This document shows positions 25,100-33,096 of a stretch of 59,826 bases of DNA, one piece after another. The position numbers and the translations under genes are program-made. This DNA is from Dehalococcoidia bacterium (GTDB lineage: Bacteria > Chloroflexota > Dehalococcoidia > SHYD01), in contig SHYD01000005.1 of NCBI GenBank assembly GCA_009692945.1, positions 1 through 59,826 on the forward strand. The letters run 5' to 3'. Every line of letters starts with the position of its first letter. Positions within the stretch are counted from its first letter, which is position 1. A model generated the notes under the pieces. The model saw nothing but the letters and a program-made list of their open reading frames with translations. It did not search any database and had not been told where the DNA came from.

Positions 25100-25335
25100 A
25101 ACAATCCCCTCGGAAAGTGGATAACCCACGCCCACCCGTGGATAACCACGCAATATGGTGGATAACCGCGGCGGCAACAACCCGTGCGGCCATCGTTATC
25201 GACTCCTGATCCCCAAAACCCCCAAGCGTGCCCGGTGCCTCCGTCCCCAGTTTCCACGCTCCATACTATGTATTGATGATCAGAGCGACATGGATTGAGT
25301 TTCGTTCCGGTTTATAATGGACCTGAGGTCTGCTG
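25100..25335. other. Candidate oriC: DnaA-box cluster plus AT-rich unwinding-type stretch
   Basis: GTGGATAAC at 25117-25125, 25138-25146, 25158-25166 (20-21 bp spacing), inverted GTTATCGAC at 25195-25203, AT-rich 25262-25335. Confidence 0.55.
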
Positions 25336-26595
25336 TTGATAGATAACGTCGTGATTTTCGCGGCCGCCGGTTCCGGCGGGAATGGGTCATTTTCGCTCCG
25401 GCGGGAGAGCCACGTCCCTCGGGGTGGGCCGGATGGCGGTGACGGGGGCCGCGGCGGGAATGTGACGCTGCGGGCAGAGCATGCCCATTACAGCTTGGCA
25501 CATCTTCGCAACCGGCAGCACTTCAAAGCAACGGCGGGTGGGAATGGCGGGGCCAGCCAGAAGCATGGACACCGGGGCGAGGACGTGGCGATCGGTGTTC
25601 CCCTGGGGACGGTGGTGTACGCTGAGGGAGGCGATGAGCCTATCGGTGAAGTTATCGAAGAAGGGGATACGTTGGTGTTGGCGACGGGCGGAAGAGGAGG
25701 AAGGGGCAACAAGCATTTCGCCACGGCTGTGAATCGCACGCCCCGGTTTGCCGAGAAGGGCGGCGACGGAGAAGAGGTGTGGTTTCGGCTGGAGTTACGG
25801 CTGTTGGCTGACGTGGCTCTTATCGGGTTCCCGAACGCGGGAAAATCGACGTTGCTGGCCGCGGCCACGCCGGCCAAGCCAAAGATAGCTGATTATCCCT
25901 TCACCACCATCGAGCCGCAATTGGGGGTGGTGGAGGTCGATTACCAACGTTTGGTACTGGTGGATATTCCGGGATTGTTGGAGGGGGCAGCCCAGGGTGT
26001 TGGGTTGGGCGACGAGTTTCTGCGGCATATCCAACGAACGAAGGTACTGGTCCACATGGTTTCCGGGGAATCTGAGGATCCGCTGAAGGATGTGCGGGCA
26101 GTCGATGCTGAACTGGCGGCGTTCGACCCCCGCTTGGCCGGCCGGCCACAGGTGGTGGCGGTGAACAAAATCGACCTGCCCACGGTGCGGGAACGGACCG
26201 CCGAACTGCGGATGGCCTTGGAGCCGCTCAGGCGTCCCATTTATTTCATTTCGGCCGAAACCGGGGAAGGCGTGCCGCAATTGATGCGAGCCGCGTTCGG
26301 GGCGCTGGCCAGTGCGGTCGAGCCGGCCCTGCCGGAGCCACAGCGAGAGGACTACAAGGTGTTCCGCCCCCTCGGCGAGGATGGCGAAAGGGTGGTGCGC
26401 CGGGAGGACGGCTCCTACCAACTGACCGGGTCCGGTGTCCCGGCGCTGGTGGTGGCGCGGGACGTGGGCAAGGGCGAGCTGGCGCTCATCATGCGGGAGC
26501 GGCTGCGGCGGACCAACTGGCGGCGTGCCCTGGAGCGGGCGGGTGTCAGAGCGGGAGACCGCGTCCTGGTGGGTGAGGTTCAGGTTGACTGGTAG
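25336..26595 (+). CDS. obg: GTPase Obg/CgtA
   Basis: TTG start; Gly-rich Obg fold GGNGSFSLRRE...GGPDGGDGGRGG, G1 GFPNAGKST, G3 DIPG. Confidence 0.95.
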   Translation: MIDNVVIFAAAGSGGNGSFSLRRESHVPRGGPDGGDGGRGGNVTLRAEHAHYSLAHLRNRQHFKATAGGNGGASQKHGHRGEDVAIGVPLGTVVYAEGGDEPIGEVIEEGDTLVLATGGRGGRGNKHFATAVNRTPRFAEKGGDGEEVWFRLELRLLADVALIGFPNAGKSTLLAAATPAKPKIADYPFTTIEPQLGVVEVDYQRLVLVDIPGLLEGAAQGVGLGDEFLRHIQRTKVLVHMVSGESEDPLKDVRAVDAELAAFDPRLAGRPQVVAVNKIDLPTVRERTAELRMALEPLRRPIYFISAETGEGVPQLMRAAFGALASAVEPALPEPQREDYKVFRPLGEDGERVVRREDGSYQLTGSGVPALVVARDVGKGELALIMRERLRRTNWRRALERAGVRAGDRVLVGEVQVDW

Positions 26596-27202
26596 GAGGC
26601 GGGTCGGGCTATTGGGCGGGACCTTCGACCCGATCCACATCGGGCATCTCATCATTGGGGAGGAGGCGCGGGCCCGGCTCGAACTCGACACCGTCCTGTT
26701 CATCCCTAGCCGCCACCCATGGCGCAAGGAGGGGCGTGAGATCGCCCCCGAGGCCGATCGTCTCGCTATGGTGCAGGCCGCGGTCGCGGGCAACGCGTGT
26801 TTTGCGGTGTCCGCAGTCGATCTGAACCGGGCCGGCCCGACCTACAGCGTAGACACGGTGCGGGACGTGCGCCTGCAGCAGCCGGATGCCGACCTCTTCC
26901 TGATCCTGGGGTACGATGCGCTGCTGGATCTGCCCAACTGGCGGAATCCACGGCTGCTGGTGGAGAGCGCCCATATTGTGGCGATGCTCCGGCCGTTGTA
27001 CTGGGTGGATTGGGCGGCGGTGGAGCAGGTGGCGCCGGAGGCCCGTCAGCACATCACCGTTCTGGAGATGTCGGGTGTGGGCATCAGTTCGTCTGAAGTG
27101 CGGAGGCGGGTGGCGTCCGGCCGATCGGTCCGCTACTGGGTGCCCGATGCCGTGATCGCCTACATTGCAGAGCGCGGGCTTTACCGGCTGACGGAGCCGT
27201 AG
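26585..27202 (+). CDS. nadD: Nicotinate-nucleotide adenylyltransferase
   Basis: GLLGGTFDPIHIGH motif; TTG start overlapping obg 3' end. Confidence 0.9.
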   Translation: MTGRRRVGLLGGTFDPIHIGHLIIGEEARARLELDTVLFIPSRHPWRKEGREIAPEADRLAMVQAAVAGNACFAVSAVDLNRAGPTYSVDTVRDVRLQQPDADLFLILGYDALLDLPNWRNPRLLVESAHIVAMLRPLYWVDWAAVEQVAPEARQHITVLEMSGVGISSSEVRRRVASGRSVRYWVPDAVIAYIAERGLYRLTEP

Positions 27203-27215
27203 CCCGACCACCTCT

Positions 27216-28553
27216 TCACACCCCCGCGTGGTTCACCCCGGCGAGGACTTTGCGGTGTTCGTGGGTGGACTCGATCCAGGACACCTCCTCAGGGATCAGC
27301 ACCGCTGCGCCCCGCACCCGGTAGAGCTCGGGGTGGTGCACCGTGGCCGGTACGGCGCCCCGCTCACGGAGGTCTTGGGCCGCATGCAGCAGCGCCCGCC
27401 GTGCCGCGATGATGCCCAGGTCGGTGGTGCCGAGATGCTCGATGGTGCGGTCGTTGATCCGGCCCATGCTCAGTTGCACCCCCGCGTCCTGGGCCCAGAA
27501 CTCCGGGATACCGGAGTAGGTCTTGGTGCGCTGCACCGCGCGGTCGATGAAGAAGTCGTTCTCCAGGGTGGCCTTGGGCCGCCAGGCGCCGAAGGGCGCT
27601 GAGGTGGCGGGAGCGCGGTCCTCGGGCTCGATGTAGAACACGTTGCCGCGGATGCGGAATCCGCCCTTGACGAGGTTCTGCCCGCCTCGCTCCGATTCCA
27701 GCAGCGGCCGCAGCGGGTGGAAGTTCGCGCCCATGACCAGCGTGTTCTGATCGTCGATGGGAACCCAGCAGCGCCAGGTGCGCATCGGATTCTCGCCGTA
27801 GGGCCCGGTCATGGTGTGGTAGGGGTACAACCACTGTGTGAGCCTCCAGTAGCGCAACCCCTCGCCGGCCTTCCGGCCCGACCCGATGAGCACCCCGTAG
27901 TCCGTCTCCTGGATCTTGAACTGGGGGGCGGTGTCCACCGCCCGGATGCGGGCTACGCCGTTGCGGGGAGAGAGATCGTCGTCGGGGTTGAGCATGGTGT
28001 GGAGGAAGGAGTTGTGGCTCTGGTCGATCTCCCCCTCCATGGCCTGCACCCAATTGGAGTACTGCACCCGCTTGGAGAGCCAGCGTTGCGCCGGAGGCAC
28101 CAGCGTGACCTCGAGTTCGGGGAGCGGCGGCACAGAGTCGCCGGCGCCCATGTAAGCCCAGACCATGCCGCCATGCTCGACGCAGGGGTAGGCCAAGTGG
28201 CGGATCTTGTGCTTGAAGTTGCTCTCGGCGGGCTCGTTGGGCATGTCCACGCAGTTGCCGGAGGCTTCGAACTTCCAGCCGTGGTACACGCAGCGTAGCC
28301 CGCCCTCCTCGTTGCGCCCGAAGAACAGCGAGGCGCCCCGGTGCGGGCAGTTGGCGCCCAGCAGCCCGACTGTGCCCGCACCGGTGCGGAAGGCGATCAG
28401 GTCTTCGCCCAACAGGCGGACCCGCAGCGGCGGCCCGTCTGGCGGCAGCTCATCAGGGAACAGGAACGGGTGCCAGTACTGCCGCAGCAGGCCGCCCATC
28501 TCCGTACCCGGGCCGATCCGCGTCAGGCGCTCGTTCTCGGCTCGGCTCAGCAT
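27216..28553 (-). CDS. Rieske (2Fe-2S) oxygenase, KshA/phthalate-family alpha subunit
   Basis: CPHRGASL...CVYHGWKF Rieske motif; 445 aa; no adjacent beta subunit. Confidence 0.9.
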   Translation of the reverse strand: MLSRAENERLTRIGPGTEMGGLLRQYWHPFLFPDELPPDGPPLRVRLLGEDLIAFRTGAGTVGLLGANCPHRGASLFFGRNEEGGLRCVYHGWKFEASGNCVDMPNEPAESNFKHKIRHLAYPCVEHGGMVWAYMGAGDSVPPLPELEVTLVPPAQRWLSKRVQYSNWVQAMEGEIDQSHNSFLHTMLNPDDDLSPRNGVARIRAVDTAPQFKIQETDYGVLIGSGRKAGEGLRYWRLTQWLYPYHTMTGPYGENPMRTWRCWVPIDDQNTLVMGANFHPLRPLLESERGGQNLVKGGFRIRGNVFYIEPEDRAPATSAPFGAWRPKATLENDFFIDRAVQRTKTYSGIPEFWAQDAGVQLSMGRINDRTIEHLGTTDLGIIAARRALLHAAQDLRERGAVPATVHHPELYRVRGAAVLIPEEVSWIESTHEHRKVLAGVNHAGV

Positions 28554-28574
28554 GGTAACCCCCTGAGAGAAACA

Positions 28575-28607
28575 TCATCCACAGATTGGCACAGATTTTC
28601 GCAGATG
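28575..28607 (+). repeat. Family B element
   Basis: TCATCCACAGATTGGCACAGATTTTCGCAGATGAG, 22 nt upstream of the Rieske oxygenase start; short inverted CCGCAGATTATCGG-like partner near 28642-28660. Confidence 0.8.
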
Positions 28608-28938
28608 AGAAGCTGGTCGACTACCGCGGCCGGCGATATCCGATAATCTGCGGCCCTTGCTGGAGTTGGTTGGGGTGGATCTGCCAGGTAAACGCGTGCT
28701 GCAGCGGGCGTTCGAACTCTGGCTGAACACACCGGTGGGGTTAGCCCAGAGCGAGGGGGTTGGCGACATGCCCTGAAGCCGAGGGCATGGGACAATGGGG
28801 CGACCGGGGAGGCGATCCGGGCTGGAACCCTTCGCGTTGCGACCCTGCCCTCCAGCGGCTATCATGGCTCCATTCCGCCTTCCGGATGGCCGCACGCTAA
28901 AGTCGTGACCCCCGGCGGCGCATTGAGGAGCGCTAGCT

Positions 28939-30039
28939 ATGGCCAAACGTCTCGGGATCGGCGTCATCGGCGCCGGCAACTACTCGCAGTCGGTGCTGCT
29001 GCCCAACTTCAAGGGGCTGGCGGACCAGGGCGTCGAGGTCGTCAGCATCTGCAACCGGACCCCCGAGAGCACCCGGAAGGTCGCCGCGGCCTTCGGCATT
29101 TCCCACGCCACCACCGACTACCGGGAGGTGCTGGCCCGGAGCGATGTCGATGCGGTGTTCATCGGCACGCCGCCCTACGCGCACCGGGAGACGGTGCTGG
29201 CGGCGCTGGATGCCGGCAAGCACGTGCTGTGCCAGACCCGCATGGCGGAGAGCGCCCAGCAGGCCCGGGATATGCACGAGCGGGCGGTGCGGGCCGGGCG
29301 TGAACAGGGGCTCAAGACCATGCTGTGCCGCCCCGACTCTTTCCTGAAGGGCGACCGCTTCATCCGTCATCTGCTGGCCACGGGCTATGTGGGCCGCATC
29401 CACCAGGTGCTGGCCACCCGCGTGCTGCCGAACTTCGCCGCCAGCACCGCCCCCCTGCAGCGGCGCCAGAACATCAAGTACTTCGGCGCCATCAACCCCA
29501 TGCACATTGGCTTCTATTGGGACATCATGCACCCCTGGGTGGGCGATGCCCGGCGAGTGCTGGCCCAGGCGCACACCTTCACCACCGAGCGGGAGGAGGT
29601 CCCCGGCGGCCCCCGGGTGACGGTGGGCCTGCCCGACTCCGTGACCGCGGTGGCCGAGATGGAGAGCGGCGCCATCGTGAACCAGACCCAGCTGTGGGCG
29701 GGCCATTTCGGTCCCAGCCGCATCGAGATCTACGGCGAGAATGGCACGCTGGTCTACATCAGCCGCATCTACGACCCCCGCGGCGAGCGGATGTACGACG
29801 ATCGGCAGCAGGACGAGATCCTGGGGGCGCAGGTGGGTGAGGGCACGCTGAAGACCCTCCCCATCCCACCCGAGTACGACGACGAATGGCGGGTGGAGGA
29901 GGACTTCGTCCGCTACGTCCGGGGCGAGGTCCCCGCCATGGGGCCCACTTTCCTGGACGGCGTGAAGAACATGGAATACCTCGAAGCGGTGTACACCTCG
30001 ACGGTCGAGGGCCGCTGGGTGGACCTGCCCCGCCACTGA
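28939..30039 (+). CDS. Gfo/Idh/MocA family oxidoreductase
   Basis: LGIGVIGAGNYS Rossmann N-terminus, 366 aa. Confidence 0.9.
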   Translation: MAKRLGIGVIGAGNYSQSVLLPNFKGLADQGVEVVSICNRTPESTRKVAAAFGISHATTDYREVLARSDVDAVFIGTPPYAHRETVLAALDAGKHVLCQTRMAESAQQARDMHERAVRAGREQGLKTMLCRPDSFLKGDRFIRHLLATGYVGRIHQVLATRVLPNFAASTAPLQRRQNIKYFGAINPMHIGFYWDIMHPWVGDARRVLAQAHTFTTEREEVPGGPRVTVGLPDSVTAVAEMESGAIVNQTQLWAGHFGPSRIEIYGENGTLVYISRIYDPRGERMYDDRQQDEILGAQVGEGTLKTLPIPPEYDDEWRVEEDFVRYVRGEVPAMGPTFLDGVKNMEYLEAVYTSTVEGRWVDLPRH

Positions 30040-30048
30040 TCCCCGAAG

Positions 30049-30080
30049 GATCCGCAGATGGACAGGATTTGCGCAGATAT
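30049..30080 (+). repeat. Family B element
   Basis: GGATCCGCAGATGGACAGGATTTGCGCAGATATTGG, 10 nt after the Gfo/Idh/MocA stop. Confidence 0.75.
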
Positions 30081-30129
30081 TGGAAAGATGATACTGGGTA
30101 GCCATGAGTAACTGTTCACACTCGGGATA

Positions 30130-30240
30130 CGGCCTCCGGACCGGGAGTGCACGAGGGCGGTCAGCCCTCTGCCGGGGGCGTGGGGGATGGCCCCCACACC
30201 CAAAGGTCTTCTTCGGGGGGGTTGAGGGAGTGGCTCAGAT
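30130..30240 (+). repeat. Family A REP/MITE-like element
   Basis: GGGAGTGCACGAGGGCggtcaGCCCTCTGCCGGGGGCGTGGGGGATGGCCCCCACACC...GAGTGGCTCA. Confidence 0.8.
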
Positions 30241-30273
30241 CACCAGAATCACGAAGACTGAGTTGCTACGCCC

Positions 30274-31107
30274 ATGACCACCACCATCCCTACCGCCGAA
30301 CTCACCCAGGAGATCATCCGGCTGACCGATGGGGCGGCGCTGGCGACGCCGTTCTCGCAGCGCCACCCCGGCTTCGTCCTGGCCGAGGGCTACCGCATCG
30401 CCCGGGAGGTGCTGACGGTGCGTGAGGGCGCCGGGTGGCAGCGGATCGGGCGCAAGATCGGCTTCTCGAACCGGACCATCCTGGAGCAGTACGGTGTCGC
30501 CGGGCCGATGTTCGGCTACATGTACGACCGCACGCTGCGGGAGGCCGTGGAACGGGAAGGACAGTTCAGCGCATCGCTGCCGCTGACCGGCCTGGCCCAA
30601 CCCCTGATCGAGCCCGAGATCGCGTTCCGGCTGCGCAGCCGCCCGCCGGTCACCCGCGACCCCGAGGAGTTGCTGCGGCACATCGAGTGGGTGGCCCACG
30701 GCTTCGAGGTGGTGCAGTGCCACTTTCCCGGCTGGAAGTTCGCCGCCGCCGATGCCGTGGCCGACGGTGGGCTGCACGGCCGCTACATCCTCGGACCGCG
30801 GCGTGCGGTCGCTGAGGGGGATCCGAAGGCGCTGGCCGCCGCCCTGGGAGCCTTCACCATCACCCTGCTCAAGAACGGCGAACCGGCCGCCGAGGGCGGA
30901 GGGGCCAACGTGCTGGACAGCCCCCTCAACGCCCTGGCCTTCCTGATCGAGACTATCGAGGGGCTGCCCGGGCATCCGCCACTGGCCGCCGGCGAGATCA
31001 TCACCACCGGCACCCTCACCAAGGCGCTGCCGGTGACCGCCGGTGAGACCTGGTCGACCCGCCTCGAGGGCCTGCCGCTGGCGGGCCTCGAACTGCGGTT
31101 TGAGTGA
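30274..31107 (+). CDS. 2-keto-4-pentenoate hydratase family protein (MhpD/HpcG-like)
   Basis: 277 aa; GRKIGFSN... and FAH-fold hydratase/decarboxylase pattern. Confidence 0.8.
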   Translation: MTTTIPTAELTQEIIRLTDGAALATPFSQRHPGFVLAEGYRIAREVLTVREGAGWQRIGRKIGFSNRTILEQYGVAGPMFGYMYDRTLREAVEREGQFSASLPLTGLAQPLIEPEIAFRLRSRPPVTRDPEELLRHIEWVAHGFEVVQCHFPGWKFAAADAVADGGLHGRYILGPRRAVAEGDPKALAAALGAFTITLLKNGEPAAEGGGANVLDSPLNALAFLIETIEGLPGHPPLAAGEIITTGTLTKALPVTAGETWSTRLEGLPLAGLELRFE

Positions 31108-31119
31108 CGGGATCCCGGA

Positions 31120-31336
31120 GTACCCACAGATTACACAGATTTGCAGAGATTCCGGAGTGGTTTGGGGTGGGGGCGTGGCAGCAATGAATACGTTGCCATC
31201 CCGGGAACGGCGCGTACGGTGTAGGGGCGAATCACCATTCGCCCGGCAGACCCGAGGCGGTTGCCGGCCGGCTCGACGGCACAGACCACGCCCATCCGCC
31301 TCCCAATCTGTGAAAATCCTATGAATCTGTGGATCA
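31120..31336. mobile_element. MITE-like unit: two family B elements in inverted orientation flanking a GTAG-headed REP hairpin
   Basis: CCCACAGATTACACAGATTTGCAGAGATT (31122-31150) vs rc GATCCACAGATTCATAGGATTTTCACAGATTGGG (31304-31336); GTAGGGGCGAATcaccATTCGCCC at 31221-31244. Confidence 0.4.
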
Positions 31337-31365
31337 CCTTCGGCCTCCTCCTGTAAGATCAAGCC

Positions 31366-31623
31366 ATGCATATCGATGTGCTGCTGTTCGCGTCGGTGCG
31401 GGATGCCGTGGGACAGCGGCGGCTGGCCGTGGCGACGCCCGAGGGCGATACGGTGGAGCAACTGCTCCAACGGCTCGTCTCGGACTATCCCAAGCTGGCC
31501 GGGCACACCGGCACGCTGATGGCCGCGGTGAACCAGGAGTACGCGCCCCGCGCTACCGTGTTGCACGACGGCGATGAGGTGGCGTTCATCCCCCCGGTGA
31601 GTGGAGGCAGCGATGCACTATAG
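31366..31623 (+). CDS. moaD: Molybdopterin synthase sulfur-carrier subunit MoaD-like, with 4-aa extension after the GG
   Basis: 85 aa, ...FIPPVSGG-SDAL; overlaps moaE start. Confidence 0.8.
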   Translation: MHIDVLLFASVRDAVGQRRLAVATPEGDTVEQLLQRLVSDYPKLAGHTGTLMAAVNQEYAPRATVLHDGDEVAFIPPVSGGSDAL

Positions 31624-32065
31624 AGTCACGGACGAGGCCCTAGACCCGCGGGAACTGGAACGCTTCCTGGACAAGCCCGAGAACGGTGCGGTCATCAACT
31701 TCCAGGGGGTGGTGCGCCGCCAGTCGCGCGGCCGCATCGTCGACTATCTGGAGTACGACGCCTACGCCCCCATGGCCACCAAAGTGATGGCGCAGATCGG
31801 CGAGGAGGTCAAGGCCCGCTGGCCCATCACCGATTTCGCGGTGTGGCACCGCACCGGCCGCCTCGAGGTCGGGGAGACCAGCCTGCTCGTGTTGGTCACC
31901 TCGCCCCACCGCAAGGAGGCCTTCGAGGCCTGCGCCTGGGCGGTGGACCGGATCAAGGAGATCGTCCCGGTGTGGAAGCGCGAAGTGTGGGACGACGGCT
32001 CAAGCTGGGTGGAGGGCGACACGCTGGTTTCGCAACGGGAGCCGGCCGGCGCCGCCGGGGGTTAG
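31613..32065 (+). CDS. moaE: Molybdopterin synthase catalytic subunit MoaE
   Basis: GAVINFQGVVR..., LEYDAYAPMA, SPHRKEAFEACAWAVDRIKEIVPVWKRE motifs. Confidence 0.9.
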   Translation: MHYRVTDEALDPRELERFLDKPENGAVINFQGVVRRQSRGRIVDYLEYDAYAPMATKVMAQIGEEVKARWPITDFAVWHRTGRLEVGETSLLVLVTSPHRKEAFEACAWAVDRIKEIVPVWKREVWDDGSSWVEGDTLVSQREPAGAAGG

Positions 32066-32149
32066 GGTCGCGATGCCTGTAGCGGCGACGCATGCGTCGC
32101 ACCCGCACGCCGGCAAACCCACGAACTAGAACGCGGGGTTTCGAGATGG

Positions 32150-32515
32150 ATGGTTTCGAGCCCCCTGAGGCGAGAGGCCATCGACCGGGCTGCGACCTCG
32201 CTCGAGCGAGCGTTCTCCACCGACCCGATGTTCACGTGGATGTTCCCGGACTCTGGGCAACGGGCTCAGTCGCTCCGGGTCGATCCTGAACTGCAGGGCC
32301 GCGGTCTCGGCACGGCGCTGGTGGAGGAGGGACTGGCGCGGGCCGGCCAAGCGGATTGCCCCTGTTACCTCGAGACCAGCGAAGCGCGGAATCTGGCCTA
32401 CCACGAATGCCTTGGCTTCGTGGTAGTAGCGAACGCGGCCCTGGGCGACGGCGGCCCCACCGGCTGGGGGATGCGGCGCGAACCACGGGGTTCGCGCCAG
32501 CAGGATCCGTCGTAG
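32150..32515 (+). pseudogene. GNAT acetyltransferase-like ORF with apparent internal deletion
   Basis: N-terminal FSTDPMFTWMFPD joins directly to the acetyl-CoA motif LRVDPELQGRGLGTALVEEGLARA...CYLETS; about 70-80 aa shorter than typical members. Confidence 0.45.
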
Positions 32516-33096
32516 GGGCACCGCCTCCTGCGCCCCCCTCGCGGGCCGTCGTGTGGCCGGGCGGCCCGCGCGATCCGTTCGGTCGGATTCAACCAACTTT
32601 CCCCCGCGTGACAAATGCCCCCCATTGTGTTTACTCTATACCTCGTGTGAACGCCGCCGGGGCGCGGCAATGCGGGGCGAGATTTCGACGAGGGGAGGGC
32701 GGGTTTTCATCCTGAGGCTCCCGTGAGCCTGCCGAAGGGCCCGTCGAAGGGCAAACCCGCCCCTACGAAATTCCGCCGGACGGCCGGACGGACTGTAACG
32801 GCCCACCCATAGCGGCGTTTCCGATTGTGGAGTTTTCCCTCAGAGGAGCCTCTGACGGGGGCGGAGCCTATCCGTTTCCCGTGGATGCCCGGGGGAGCAA
32901 AGCAGGTCTCACAGCAGCCGGATGAGGGGCGGAAACCGGAATAACGCGGCTCCGCCAGCCGCTCGCCGTAACTGCACACAACGAAATACGGGATAAGAAG
33001 AAAGGAGGCCGGCAGCAGGACAAGAAACGCAACGTGCCGTGCCGCGGTGCCAAGCGCCGCACCAAATCGTCAAGTATTTCTCCTCGAGGAGGAAAA

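Noticed and set aside
31140-31365. Possible Moco riboswitch in the moaD leader (contains CGGCCTCC-like strings)
   Set aside because: The spacer is fully accounted for by the family B inverted pair and a REP hairpin. I could not reconstruct the conserved Moco-motif helices by eye, and a covariance-model scan (Rfam RF01055) would be needed.
32516-33096. Long leader upstream of the BNR gene examined for RNase P, SRP, tmRNA, c-di-GMP or cobalamin riboswitch signatures
   Set aside because: Only partial strings (GGGCAAACC, CAGCAGCC) were found. These belong to family C REP copies, and no complete conserved core of any of these RNAs is present.
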